A stretch of 60,750 nucleotides of DNA, the filler included, from Sphacelaria rigidula (lineage: Eukaryota): NCBI GenBank assembly GCA_964200075.2. It is 8 parts of 8 records of this genome, joined end to end, with 100 filler letters (N's around TTAATTAATTAA, not from the genome) between each part and the next. Parts side by side here need not be neighbours in the genome. Positions count along the whole stretch, not along the records: positions 1 to 7,507 come from CAXNAA020014591.1; positions 7,608 to 15,114 come from CAXNAA020014592.1; 6 more parts are not named here. The stretch is one strand, 5' to 3'. Of the stretch, positions 1 through 12,755 are shown piece by piece. A model generated the notes under the pieces. The model saw only the letters and a program-made list of their open reading frames with translations. It searched no databases and was not told the origin of the DNA. Each line of letters starts with the position of its first letter. Position 1 is the stretch's first letter. A program made the position numbers and the translations under genes.

Positions 1-54
1 TAATAGGAGGCGGTTCTACCAGTTTGACCACCGGGTGCCAGACAAAAAAAGTGG

Positions 55-324
55 ATGCTGTGGGTAATTCGAAGAGTTAGGCGCTGAAATTTTGAAACAG
101 CATGTTTATTATCACTGCGCACAACATCTCTCGAGGTGCATCCGTTTTTTTTTTTTTCACGGTGTTATAGCATTTCTATAGTTTTTACAAAAAGTTCGAA
201 TCGCTCCAACTTCCTGTTTTATTTTCATTTTTTGCGAATGCACCTCGAGAGCTGTTGTGCGTAGTGATGATACAAATGTTGTGTCAAAATTTCAGTGCCT
301 AACTCTTCAAATTACCCACAGCAT
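55..324. mobile_element. Foldback/MITE-like element with ~90-bp imperfect terminal inverted repeats
   Basis: 55-144 (ATGCTGTGGGTAATTCGAAGAGTTAGGCGCTGAAATTTTG...CTCGAGGTGCATCCG) is the near reverse complement of 235-324; AT-rich spacer; no TSD recognised. Confidence 0.7.
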
Positions 325-413
325 TGCCAAAATACATTTTTTAAAAGTCACTCTCAGCCGGCCCAGCCTGTATCTACTTCAAAAACAAATGCCCATCGTG
401 GCAGTCGAAGGAT

Positions 414-453
414 TCAGTTTTGCAACTCAGTTTTGCAACTCAGTTTTGCAACT
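414..453. repeat. 13-bp tandem repeat (TCAGTTTTGCAAC) x3
   Basis: Three direct copies visible. Confidence 0.9.
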
Positions 454-1069
454 AAGGCAGGGAGAGATGACGCTGGCTAAGGGTTTGGTGTAATCTGATC
501 CTTGGTGATACCCATAGACAAACGGAACGAACGCAACGAGGAGATAAAAGATGACAACGCCATTCTGTACTTTACAGCACAGCACAGTTGTACTGTGCGT
601 TTCAGGTCAGATTTGTCTCGGCCTATACAGTCACCCGCATGGTTATTCGCGTTGCAGTGTCACACGTTTGACGTGAAAATGAATCATGAACAGACCATGG
701 GGGTGATGCAATGCAGCAAGGATGTGCGTGTCTAGGTGCAGAGCTTGTGCGACGGGATGGTGTGGCTAATATTCATTTTTCAAGTAAAAATAATACAGGA
801 GTCCAGTTTGAGATAACTCCACCGGTTTCCGGAGAGATCCTTTTATCAGTTACGGGATGGGAAGAGTCGAATATAATGCTAGGATAGCGGGACGCCGAGT
901 TTGAAGTACCTCTAATACAATAGCGCCAAGCTGGCTTAAAGGTTTTTTTGGGGGAGTCACACCTGTGTTGAGGTTTTTTCCCTACGCCTTTACTTCTGTT
1001 AACTGAACCCCACCGTAGTAAGTGAAAAAACAGTTGGGGTGAATTTCGGCGATTCGATCGTATCATCTA

Positions 1070-1207
1070 AATTCCACCAAAATTGTTTATTCGCCTAGGA
1101 CCTTCACCATGTCGGTCATTACGAACCATATCTCAAAGACATGGTGTGGATACGAGGATTTGAATTCTCCGGGTTCTCATCCTCAATAAAATACCCATCC
1201 CCAATTT
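1070..1207. repeat. Degenerate dispersed repeat, homologous to ~50940-51135
   Basis: Shared blocks CCTAGGACC, GAACCATAT, TGGTGTGGATACGA, CTCCGGGTTCTCATCCTCAAT in two different contigs; family not identified. Confidence 0.65.
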
Positions 1208-2249
1208 GTAAAATCCCGTTACGTATGGTAAGGAGTATGCAGGGGTCGTACGCGATCTCGTCATGCAACTGACGTCAATCGAAGCGGACCACAGGGGCTC
1301 CACATTCCAAGCACAGAAAAATAATTCCAAGTACGAGAGAAATCAGACTCACGTGTCCCTGACCAAGTCATGTGGATCCGTCGAATGTTCCTCCGGCAAT
1401 TATCTTTCATCCATTCCATTGCCCTAGTGAGGACATATCGTCATGGGAATACAACAAACCGAGCCCCAGCCGCCGGGAACGTCATCAACTTCAGAGGTAA
1501 ACGCGATTAAGGAGTTCCGCCAGCGGCATCGAGAGTTGATTCCGGTCCAAACGCTACAAATCAATCGCAGTCTTCGGAGTAAACGGGTGCAGAGACCAAG
1601 TGTGTTACCACGAATCTCGAAAAATTAGATAAAAATAAGATTGCCTGAGCTCAACCAATACAGTGCGGTACCATGTGCCGGGTTCGTCACCCAGTTGTCG
1701 CCAGCTATCTGTACTTCGTAGATGTAGAGAAAACACAAACTTCAAGAGGAATTGCATCGTTACGATAGAAGATGGAATTTTTTGTCCTTCGTGCACGGCA
1801 GAAACGTTCCACCACCGGCAGGACACGTACTGACGCCTTTGTAGAACATACGTCGTGCCTGTCCCGTGCGCATGTCACCCGTTCGAACCGAACGGTATTC
1901 TACCGTCTACACTCACTCGTTATGAAGGGCGAAACAGACGTAAACTAGGCTAAGAAGCCGGAGTATCCCCTGTTCGTCAACAACTTTCGTCTAATTACCA
2001 CACCCCGTCGCCCCAACGCTAGGTACTACACTGACGCATGCTGCGCCCTAACCTCGATTGAACGGCTAAAATCAACTTCGATCATCAGCAGCTGTGCAGG
2101 AGTGAATCACCACACCGCACACGCTCCCGACTGCTTCCAGCGCCTCCGGTTTTTTTTCCTGAATAGCCGCGCCCCTGTCCCATTGGCTTTTATATGCCTT
2201 GGTTTTGTCGAGTTAGGCTTCAGACTATCGTGAGGATTGGAATGTATCA

Positions 2250-5200
2250 ACCATGGGTGAATCGCAGCCCAACTGGTTGAAGTATTCTCCGCGTGTTAGC
2301 CGCTGCAATACACATGCCATTCCACATCCTTTTCATCAGTTGGTTGAAGGAATAATCGAACACAACTGCTGCATCGACGCCGGCCATGTCACACCCTCGA
2401 TCGGTTGGTAGAAAGTATGTCCGAACAGAAAAATGCTGCCGTGACGCAGGCCATGTCACACCCTCGATCGACTTGAAACTGCAACGACAAAGATTATGCC
2501 ACACTTCCGATCGACACAGGTTACACCACACTCTCAATCGACGTGCCACTAGGTGAGACTTGTCCGAACGTCAGCTCCTGCAGTGACGGAGGCCATACCA
2601 CACCGTTGATCGCCTGGTTGAAGTGTATTCCGAACGTAAGCTGCTGCAGCGACGCGGGCCATGCAACGCCCTTGATCCGTTGGTTGAAGAATCTCCCGAA
2701 CGTAAGCTGCTGCAGCGACGCAGGCCACGCCACACCCTCAATCGACTGGTTGAATGATCTCGCGAACGTCAGCTGCCGCAGGGACGCCGGCCATACCACA
2801 TCCTCGATCGGCTGGTTGAAATGCCTCTTAAATGTGAGGCGCTCCGGTGACGCGGGCCATGCCACACCCTTGATCGGCTGGTCGAAGAAGCGTCCGAAAG
2901 CCAGCTGCTGTAGTGACGCCGGCCATGCCACACCTTCAATCGGCTGGTTGAAGGAATATCCAAACGCCAGCTGCTGCAGTGACGCCGGCCATGCCACACC
3001 CTCAATCGGCTGGTTGAAGGAATATCCAAACGCCAGGTATTGCAGCGTTGCTCGCCATGCCACACCCTCGATCGGCTGGTTGAAGGAATCCTCGAACGCC
3101 AGGTGTTGCAGCGACGCCGGCCATACCACACCCTCGATTGGTTGATTGAAGGAATTTCCGAACGTCAGCTGCTGTAGTGACACTGGCCATGACACGCCCT
3201 CGATCGGCTGGTTGAAGTAATCCTCAAACGCCAGTTGCTGCAGCGATGCCGGCCATACCACACCCTCGATCGGCTGGTTGAAGGAATTTCCAAACGCTAG
3301 CTTCTGCAGTGACGCCGGCCATGTCACACCCTCGATCGGCTGGTTGAAGGAATCCTCGAACGTTAGCTTCTGCAGTGACGCCGGCCATTTCACATCCTCG
3401 ATCGGCTGGTTGAAGGGATTTCCGAACGTTAACTCCTGCAGTGACGCCGGCCATGTCACACCCTCGATCGGCTGGTTGAAGGAAATTCCGAACGTCAGCC
3501 GTTGCAGCGACGCAGGCCATGTCACATCCTCGATCGGCTGGTTGAAGGAATTTCCAAACGCTAGCTCCAACAGTGACGCCGGCCATACCACACCCTCGAT
3601 CGGCTGGTTGAAGGAATTTCCAAACGCTAGCTTCTGCAGTGACGCCGGCCATGTCACATCCTCGATCGGCTGGTTGAAGGAATTTACGAACGTTAACTCC
3701 TGCAGTGACGCCGGCCATGTCACACCCTCGAACGGCTGGTTGAAGGGATTTCCGAACGTTAACTCCTGCAGTGACGCCGGCCATGTCGCACCCTCGAACG
3801 GCTGGTTGAAGGAAACTCCGAACGTCAGCCGTTGCAGCGACGCAGGCCATGTCACACCCTCGAACGGCTGGTTGAAGGAATTTCCAAACGTTAACTCCTG
3901 CAGTGACGCCGGTCATGTCACACCCTCGATTGGCTTGTTGAACTCTTTTCCCACTGTCAGGCGATGCAGTGACGCAGGCCATGCCGCTCTCATGACCGGC
4001 TGGTTGAAGGCATTTCCAAAAGTCAGCTCCTTCATTGTCGACGGCCATGTCACACCCTCGATCGGCTGGTTGAAGGAAATTCCGAACGTCAGCCGCTGGA
4101 GCGACGCAGGCCATGCCGCATCGTTGACCGGCTTGTTGAAATCTTTTCCCAATGTCAGGCGATGCAGTGACGCAGGCCATGCCACATTCTCGATCGGCTG
4201 GTTGAAGGAAGTTCCGAACGCCAGCTGCTGCAGCGACGCAGGCCAAACCATACCCTCGATTGGCTGTTGAAGGAATATCCGAACCCCAGCTGCTGCAGAG
4301 ACGCAGGCCATGCAACAACCTTGATCGGCTGGTTGAAGGCATATCCGAACGTCACCTGCTGTAGAGACCCAGACCATGCCCCACCCTCGATTGGCTGGTT
4401 GAAGCGATACCCATATTTCAGCGACTCGGGCCATGCCCAAGCCTCGAACACGTAGTCAAAGAAGTTTCCGAATCTCAGCTGCTGCAACGAGGCAGGCCAT
4501 GTCACACCCTCGATCGGCTGGTCAAAGAAAAGTCCGAACGTCGGCTGCTGCAGTAGTCCAGGCCATGCCACACCCTCGATCGGCTGGTTAAAGTACTGTC
4601 CGAACCACAGCTGCTGTAGTAGCTCAGGCCATGTTACACCCTCGATCGGCTGGATAAATGAACTCCCGAACGTCAGCTGCCGCAGTGACGCAGGCCATGC
4701 CGCACCCTCGATCGGCTGGTTGAAGGCATCTCCAAAAGTCAGCTCTTTCATTTACGACGGCCATGTCCTACCCGCGATCGGCCGATTGAAGGAATATCCG
4801 AACACCAGCTGCTGCAGGAACGCGGGCCAATTCCACATCTTCGGTCGGCTGCTTGAATGAACCCCCGAACGTCAGTTGCCGCAGTGACGCAGGCCATGCC
4901 ACACCCTCGATCGGCTGCTTGAATTCTTTTCCGAATCAGCTGCTGCAACGACGCAGGCCATACCACACCCTCGATCGGCTGGTTGAAGGAATTCCCAAAC
5001 GTCAGCTGCTGCAGGGACGCAGGCCATCCTACACCCTTGATCTGCTGGTTGAAAGAATATCCAAACGTCAGCTCCTGCAGCGACACAGGCCAGACCACTT
5101 TCAAAATGGGTTTGTTAAAGCCCGCCGCCACGTATTCGTTCGAAAACACTATCTCCCTGACTTGCGGGGGCCAGACAACAGATTCTAGACCGCGATTGAA

Positions 5201-5558
5201 CTTCCTGTTGAAGTAAATGCTTCGCACGCTGGCCAAATGGTTGGTCGCGCAAGACATCAACGCTGTGTCAGCAGTCGACATCCACCTAATGCCACGTGCT
5301 CGTAATATCGGCACTCGAGTTACTCCAGTGCGGCCTCTATTTCCAGCTATCAGAGTCGGAGATTGCTCGGTCGTATCCGCCCATAGCCTGCGCGGCGTAG
5401 ATCCATCACACTTCACAAACAGAGTACATAGGCTGCGACAAGCGATGCAAATATGTATCGAAGCCAGCTGTAACTGCTTCGTCGGTAAATACGGCTCATC
5501 CGCGGAGGAAGTCTGGTTGAAGACAATGGTGGAAATCTCCAGACAAAAGTAGCTCCCT
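2250..5558 (-). pseudogene. FNIP-repeat (LRR-like) protein gene, disrupted by frameshifts and a nonsense codon
   Basis: ORF pieces 4748-5416, 4155-4751, 3913-4440 and 2521-3855 all encode 22-aa repeats FGxxFNQPIEGVxWPASLQxLx. TGA replaces a Trp codon at 3913-3915; 1-bp deletion near 4263; further shifts near 4750-4940. A non-repeat N-terminal region stays open up to a possible splice acceptor (TTTTTGCCCCAG) at ~5559. Ends are approximate. Confidence 0.85.
2560..5200 (-). repeat. Coding tandem array of 66-bp FNIP units (~40 copies)
   Basis: Recurring + strand core GACGCCGGCCATGTCACACCCTCGATCGGCTGGTTGAAGGAA at a 66-bp period; 20 units counted in ORF 2521-3855 alone; total estimated from length. 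Confidence 0.95.
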
Positions 5559-7507
5559 GGGGCAAAAATATGGAACGAGCACTTTGCTCGTTCAGCTCGT
5601 GTAGATCATCACAAGCGAACACATTAAACGCGACTTGATGACGCAGTCCTAGACCATTGCATATTCTGCACGCACGGCGCAGGAACTGAGGGTTCATCGT
5701 GATGCGAAATCTAACATCGCCGGCATTTATAATCCCGTTTCAGCCGCCACGTGTCTGCAGGAAGGTAATAAGTCCACTTACCGTCGAGTTATCACCTACG
5801 ACATGCGATAATTATCCGTACCACTTCAGCTTACAGCAGGTCTGTTCATAAGAGGTGAGGTGGACTGAGTTTTCAGCTCGTGGTATGGGTAGCTACGGCC
5901 TATCGAACACTTGCACTTGACTCCTCTCATATGCGCGTCACCATGCCAGTCAACCACAAATCGCCGTAGTAGGAACACTATTTTGCGCAAAGTCTTTCGT
6001 GCTCGGCAATGTGACAACACGCTGAGCTGTAAGTCCTCTACAAAAGTTCCAACCGTACGCGATATGTTCCTTATTACATGCACAAATTCCACTGCTCTTG
6101 GAACACCCTCACTTGCTGCCGTGTCAACAGCCTCAGCGACGCCACCCCCTGCAGCTTTGGAGTCGTCAGCGGCTAATATCTTGCGGCGAGTACGCACCAT
6201 CGTTCAGCAACTCTTTACTGTAGGTCACAAAGCCTCGGAAGCACGTGGGAAACCTCTCGTGATGTCTTCCGCTCGTGCGCACCTGAGATCGGAAATATGA
6301 GAAACGACATCGCGCGGGTGACTGAGTTACAGCACATTATGTAACGATCTAGAGCGCTCGAGTGCGCATCGTGCCGCTCGCTTGTTGTCAACAACTCGAA
6401 GCAAACTCACATGCGCACGATTCCACTGGACCGAAATCGTGGGGGTGAAGAAGCTTGCTTCGTATCGATCGTACGCGATCATGATCGAAGAAACATGAGA
6501 AAAAAATGTTCACCCGCGGGGTAAGTGAACACCACTAAATTCTTCGTCTGTTCAGTCTGCCCGTTCGCGTCTTTCTGCTCAGTCTGGGTGACTGCTGACA
6601 ACATACCAAAAGCTGTACCCAACTAAAGACCAAACCGGTCGCAAGCTGATCCTGTCTTTTGTCGCTCCTCGTCATATCTCTTGCTTTTCCCATGTTCTGT
6701 CCGTGGGCTCAAGTACTTCTTCACTGACCAAGTTCATCACGGAGATATTCGCGACATCTTGACCGTCAAAGAACAATTTCACCCAACACATGAACACTTG
6801 AGGTTTGGAATCCAACGCAATCCAAGGATGAAATTCAGTAGAAGCCATGACAGCGTCGCGGATACTCGTCTTTGGAGTTCATCTAAACAGCAACCCCTGA
6901 CGCAAAACATAAGAGACGTTGATGCATAGGTTTGCAAAAGTTGTATGAGATGATGTGCCTCTTGAATTTTGCGTTGTGTTTGGTACCAATTTCGGGTTTT
7001 AGGGTCGGGAAACACCCAATTGAGTGATCGATACCCCTCACTCTCATGTGCACACGCAGGGACGCCATCATGTTTGGCTTCCTTGTTTACCTGATATTTC
7101 TCTCTCACCAACCAGGGGCTTACAAACAGTACAAAACCGTTTGGGTTTGAGGGACGGTTATGCTGCGAGAAAAAACGCGACTTGCGTCTTTCCTACATTG
7201 TGCAGCGTATCACATTTCCATGTTTTGTACACCCAAGGGAATGATGTTACATTGACGCCGTATTGATGACGGCTTCAGTACCTTCATGACGGAAGCCCCT
7301 CACTAGCTATTCGGGGTGCACAGCAAAGTTACGAGACCATCGGGGCGGGGCGATAGCCTAAGCGACACCCTAGATGTGTGTTGCCGAAAAACACGAGAAC
7401 GTGCTTTTCCCGCGCAATTGCTCCGCACACCACATAACAGCAGATCCTATGTTTTGGGGTTGAAACATAATATGAGGTTGAAGTCCCATCCCTCCATTGC
7501 ATGGAAG

Positions 7508-7607
7508 NNNNNNNNNNNNNNNNNNNNNNNNNNNNNNNNNNNNNNNNNNNNTTAATTAATTAANNNNNNNNNNNNNNNNNNNNNNNNNNNNNNNNNNNNN
7601 NNNNNNN
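7508..7607. other. Artificial 100-bp contig linker (N44-TTAATTAATTAA-N44); same linker at 15115-15214, 22721-22820, 30327-30426, 37933-38032, 45539-45638, 53145-53244
   Basis: Identical linker with stop codons in all six frames; intervening segments are 7506-7507 bp. Confidence 0.97.
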
Positions 7608-7917
7608 ATCTATAGTGGCAGAATGTGAACTATACAAGGAGGAACGGGACGTGCTAGAGGGGGGAATGCGGGACGTGAACGAAGATAACATGGATCGTTT
7701 GATGTATTAGACAGTAGGGAGGAAACGATGGCTATACTAGGAGATCAGTGGTGGCCAGAGACGGCGAAACGGGACGGGGACAAGGTATGAAGAAGGTTTT
7801 TGCGTAATGTATGGAAGAAGCGTAATGAGCGCCGGACTGTTGGAGGTGGCTCCATTAGGAGTAGGAACGGTGCTCCGTCTCGAAAGGGGTGCGTGGTAAA
7901 TGGTCAAACAACTAAGG
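7608..7917 (+). mobile_element. Degenerate 3' end of a LINE-like ORF
   Basis: Translates (with frameshifts) as IVAECELYKEERDVLEGGMRDV...AILGDQWWPETAK...RNVWKKRNER, resembling the HxxxxC/C-terminal region of non-LTR ORF2. Confidence 0.5.
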
Positions 7918-8202
7918 NNNNNNNNNNCACAAGGTGTGGGGTGTGGTTGAGCAAACAACAAAGTTTAGCAAAAAAGCTTACCTCCCCCCCCCCCCCCCCC
8001 CCCCCTTCGTCAGCTCCGCCCTCTTTCAGGCCGCGTTTTTTTAATTTTCGAGTTCAATATATCTGTTGTCTTGACATTAAAAACGCTCCGATATCTGCGG
8101 AGTACTCTGTACTGGGCATCTGATGCGGACGCCTTCATTGGTCACAGGCTAACTACCCCAAGCTAGGGTAGAAGAAAAAATATGAAATAAGTCGAACCCA
8201 TC

Positions 8203-8285
8203 GTACGTCTATCATGAGACCACGGCTGGACCCCCGGGGGGTCAGTTCAAGTGCGACAATCAATCGATCGATCAATCAATCATCA
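8203..8285 (+). mobile_element. Family A retroposon 3' end, (CAAT)n tail, heavily 5'-truncated
   Basis: GTACGTCTATCATGAGACCACGGCTGGACCCCCGGGGGGTCAGTTCAAGTGCGACAATCAATC; matches the copies at 21527, 32683, 33407 and 50109. Confidence 0.8.
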
Positions 8286-10861
8286 GAAACAGTTCACCCA
8301 CACGCGATACACATGAAAATAACGAATAAAATGAAAATATATAAAGCAAAAATAGGGGGAAAATACTGCTTGCCCCCCAAGATCTGATACCGTATGCGAT
8401 CATTCGGGCAACTGGAGGCAGATCCCATTGGTCCACTCAAGACGCGAAGCCAAACAGAGGAAGGGAGCAGAACTCAAGGACCAAGATCACCAGTCATAGC
8501 GATCACAGGGTTCTATCTTCGTACCTCTGGAGGAAAAGTAATGTGTACGGATATACTGTGCTAGGCATAACAGGAAAAATACCACATAGCAACACACCAC
8601 CTCGGGGGAGGGGTGCATGGAAGTCTGCAATAAGTAGTAGGGAAAAATAAAAGAGAAGACGATGCAAATACATTCGGGAACTTGAAACGAGCCCAAAAAA
8701 TTACGGATAGGGCAAAACGTCACACAGACAACATGGGCGAAGTCGGATTTGGGCGACCGGTACATAGCGCAGAGGACGAGAAGAATAGCCCTCCCTAGGG
8801 ATGCTTTCTACCATAAATTCAGGGGTGGTACCCACCGTTTTCGCCCATACCATGCGAGTGGCAATACGTTTGGGTTATATCAAAGTTTTCCGGGATACTT
8901 GCGAGATATGGAAATTATGAAAAATATAAACATTTCCTCATCCAGAAATCTACTGATAGTGCCCCCCCCCCCCCCCATTCCCAATCACATGTCACACTGG
9001 TGGTATCTACCGTTTTCGCCTGTTGTACAAAAATGGTCATGCACCTCAACACCCAAACGCACTGAGAAAATGTGTAAACAATGAAGCATTTGACCTATCC
9101 CCCCCCCCCCGTTTCTCCCCCCCCGGGGATGGAATTGTATTCCTTCCCTAGATATGATGGGTGTGCTATCTATCGTCTTCGCTAGTGTGGCATCGTACAC
9201 ACGAATGACGATGCCCCCGAACACCCGGGGAGCATTATTATCCCCTACCTGAACAGTCTCAGCGGGAAGGGAATGTTATATAACGTTTTAGTCGTTTGCG
9301 GCCGGATGTTCATGAACCTGAACATTTGACCAGCACCAGGAGAAAGGGTGCGATCTACCCTAACTAGTGATACATATCGCTATTCTTAACGAGACTGTAG
9401 ACACGCGGGGGAGATGCTGTTCCATCCCCTGCCAAAACACGCGTAGCGCATAGCGGTCAAAATGCACCGCCAGGACCTGTTTTAGACGCGGGATTTTACA
9501 AGTTGAGGATGGTATTTTGTTGAAAATGAAGCTTGAGAACCTTCATAAGCATTGAAATCTTTTCGAAATGTGAATGCAAATCCACCCTCCGGACGCGATG
9601 CGTGGCCCCGCTCATCCTCCATAGAATTCATTCGCAAGTTGTACAATCCCGTGTTTACTCCCAAATGATCCGTCCCCCGTTCATTCCCGTACTCAAAAAC
9701 TGTTGTTGTTTGTCATGAATCCTCTGTTACCGCGGAATCTTACAAGTTGCGGATGATTTTTTTTAATAAGAAGGAGCAAGGCCACACACCACGGCCGGAT
9801 AGTGCATTTGCATTTCATTTTCGAGAATATTGCGATGCTTACTAAGGTTACCAAGGTTCACCCTCGAATGAAAAAAGCCTCCTCAATTTGTAAAACCCTG
9901 CGTTTATGTACGAACAGTGATACCCCTGAACACGACGCGGGAGGCATCGTTCCAACGCACCCACGCTATCCTACTGCTTTAGGACTCCCTACCTTCCTCG
10001 CCCCTTCTCCCCGAGGATGACTTCAGCGCATCGCCTCCCCGAACAACGACAGCGGAAAAGGGGTGTCATCCGACGTTTGGGTCATTTGCGACCGGGCAAC
10101 AATGAATCTGAACACGTGACCGCTACAAATGGAAACTCTACAACCTACCGGAAGTAGCATAATCGTTTTTGTGTTTCTTGACGAGACTGGAGACACTTCT
10201 GGGGAAACATTGTTACACCCCCTCCCCAAGTACGCCCTGGGATCAAGATACCGTCAGGACTTGTTAAATACTAATGGCGAGGCCCCTGAACACGCGAGTC
10301 GTGACTGGAACGCATGCACCCTACTTGCTGATTTGAGAGCATCCTTCCCCCCTCCCCGACCATGAGATAGGCATATTTCCTCCCCGAAAACCCTCGCCTA
10401 GGGAGAGGGTGTTGTTTGACGTATTGGCCATTTGCGGGCGGACTACAGTGCACGCATGAGAGTTATCGTACAAACACGGAAACTCTCGCTATAGTATGTA
10501 CCCCATGAATAGTCAACAACACTGTGATAGCTTTCGTTTGCGACAGGACAAAACGGCGGATACCACTTCGGGGACGGTTACTTTCCTATTCCTGGAAAGA
10601 CCACGGGCCTTACCTCCACATGAGCTATGAATACATTTGCAAATGTAGTCGCACTTACCACGCGGAAAATGTTCGACTCTTAATGACGTGTTGGATGTGT
10701 GCTGAAACAACCGAAACAAGAGCGGGGCAACATTAGCCCGTAGGCTGTTCTAAATTCAAATGAATTGGTCAGGACCTTCACATGGCATTTGCCACGACTG
10801 ACATCACCCGATTCGGCCGCAGATTACGCCTACCCCCCCTGATTCGATAACGTAGAGTACC

Positions 10862-11180
10862 GCGCCCCGGTGGTGTAATGGTCCGACTGTCGCAAGAAGG
10901 GTGGACAGAAAGAGGGTTTGATTTGCGATGCGTTGGGATTTTTCTTCGCAATGTCTGATTTCCGCCGTGGAAAGCGTGAGAACGTGAGTAAACAAAGTAG
11001 TCGGCTGCATTTGTTTGAGGTAAGTTGACGCGGTGCGGGAGTGCTGATAGTCATGACCCAACCCGCGAGACCAAAATGCAAGGTGTGTGCCGGGGGAGAA
11101 AGAAACGCGTCGATCCCTTGAGACCACGGACTCATCCCAAGGAGGGGGGGGGGTTCAAAGTGCGACGAATAATAAATAGT
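10862..11180 (+). mobile_element. Family B tRNA-derived SINE
   Basis: Head GCGCCCCGGTGGTGTAATGG (A box), degenerate B box GGTTTGATTTG, body homologous to 17399-17724, A-rich tail. Confidence 0.75.
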
Positions 11181-12524
11181 AAGATTCGATATCCGAGGTT
11201 GCCTTCTATGATAACATATGCCGTGGATACCTGAATTGGGAGTGCGATTTTTTCAACAGTCATTTTTCAATGAAGGGTTAATATCGCAGAACGCACCTCA
11301 GATTCGGTGTCTACACCGAATTTCCAGTCGGAGAATACATATTTTTCTCGATTTAAGTAAGAAATGAGCCCGCGACAATTCGGCCAAAAATAGCCGAGAA
11401 CCGCCCCCCTGACATACACGCATGTAGAGGCTGCGTTTCTGCGGATGAATCAACATCAGATATGGACATGCGACTGAAAGCAAACAGCGGCACGAACACC
11501 CTGATGTGGACTGCGACAGAAACATCACCACTAGGCGGCTCTCCGTCGCTCCCTCCGCCTGTTACGTGGCATGACCCTATGCTTTCGACGCCTTGTGCGG
11601 CGCCTCTGATGCGATGTGCCGTACGGCGACAATCGGAAAGGATCACAGACAGCAGCAAACTTGGTATTCAGTTGGCACAAGCAGATGCATCAGTAGATAC
11701 ACGTATACACACACAAATATATACACATGTATACATATGAGTAGACGGGGGAACTGCGTAGGGGTCCGCAGGATGTTTAGCAAGGTCAGGATAGCAGTGT
11801 CGGATTGCCCAGGTCAAATCTCTGCGTGTTGTTGTGCGCGAGAGATGGCGCGAGCCGGTGGCTGTGTGTCTACGGACAACGTCAAATCAGAGTGTGTCCG
11901 TGTGCAAGCTTCGTGTAGAGGATTGGTGTACATTGCTTCTCCGTGTCCTCGTAACAAATACGAGTCCCGCGCCGCGCAATTATTGAACTCGATTCATGAT
12001 AGCTGGACCTCATTCGTTTTGAGCTTGAGAGATCCACAGGGCAAAATAGCGCGTCATGATCGGCTGAAATTGCATGGCATTTGATTTGATTGTACGTACC
12101 TACGGGAGGTCTGCTAAATTCCATGCGCACTATGCCGAAACTCGACGCTCCAAGCTTCAAACTTGAATGAAATCCTGGGGGCTATTGGAAAAAGTGACGG
12201 CGAGAGCAACTCGAATCCTGCGAGTCATTTGCAAAATCATAACAGTCCTGAGTCGAATGATTGATTATATCGTTCATGGCCAGTAGGATATTTTCCCCAT
12301 GAGACATTCGAACGAATGGCTACTCGTACGGTAATCGTGAAGTCAACGAGCCCGAGTCACGCGAGTCAAACTGGGTCTGGTTCCAATATCTGAAAGACTG
12401 GACCGCTTTCCAAAACACACACACACACACACACACATCTACACACACTTGCGGCGGAGAAAGCCGACAACACCATGGAAGTACACCTATCTTGCAAGTT
12501 GTTCTTTCTCGAGCGGTGAACTTT

Positions 12525-12755
12525 ACATCGTTGAACGCTCATGCCGTCCTTTCGGCCGCATCGTTTTGAATGTGAATGCTTTTTCTCTCCTTTCGGAACC
12601 GAGGTAACCTCGTAGGGACCAGTTTTGAAGTCAACGTGTCGGGTTCTATCAGGTCGAAATGGTTTCAGAAGCCCGCTGTCATTTCTAGTAGGGTTGATTC
12701 CACGAAGATGTACATAGCAGACCGTTTCAGGCGGTACCGACGAGCCCGCGGGGTC
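12525..12755 (-). mobile_element. Possible degenerate Gypsy integrase C-terminal fragment
   Basis: Minus frame reads VDFKTGPYEVTSVPKGEKSIHIQ (GPY-like motif); stop codons present. Confidence 0.3.

Noticed and set aside
2543-4342. Long alternative-frame and antisense ORFs over the FNIP array (2543-3145 +, 3278-4270 +, 3224-4342 -)
   Set aside because: Expected by-product of a 66-bp repeat that happens to lack stops in those frames; no independent coding evidence
2560-5200. CRISPR-like appearance (constant block plus variable block)
   Set aside because: Variable parts are homologous codon variants, the period is exactly 22 codons, the context is eukaryotic and no cas genes are present
5826-7270. 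ORFs upstream of the FNIP gene as possible partner or transposase genes
   Set aside because: Short, stop-interrupted, no recognisable motif
7552-7563. Recurrent TTAATTAATTAA motif at ~7.6-kb periodicity
   Set aside because: Assembly linker embedded in Ns, not biological
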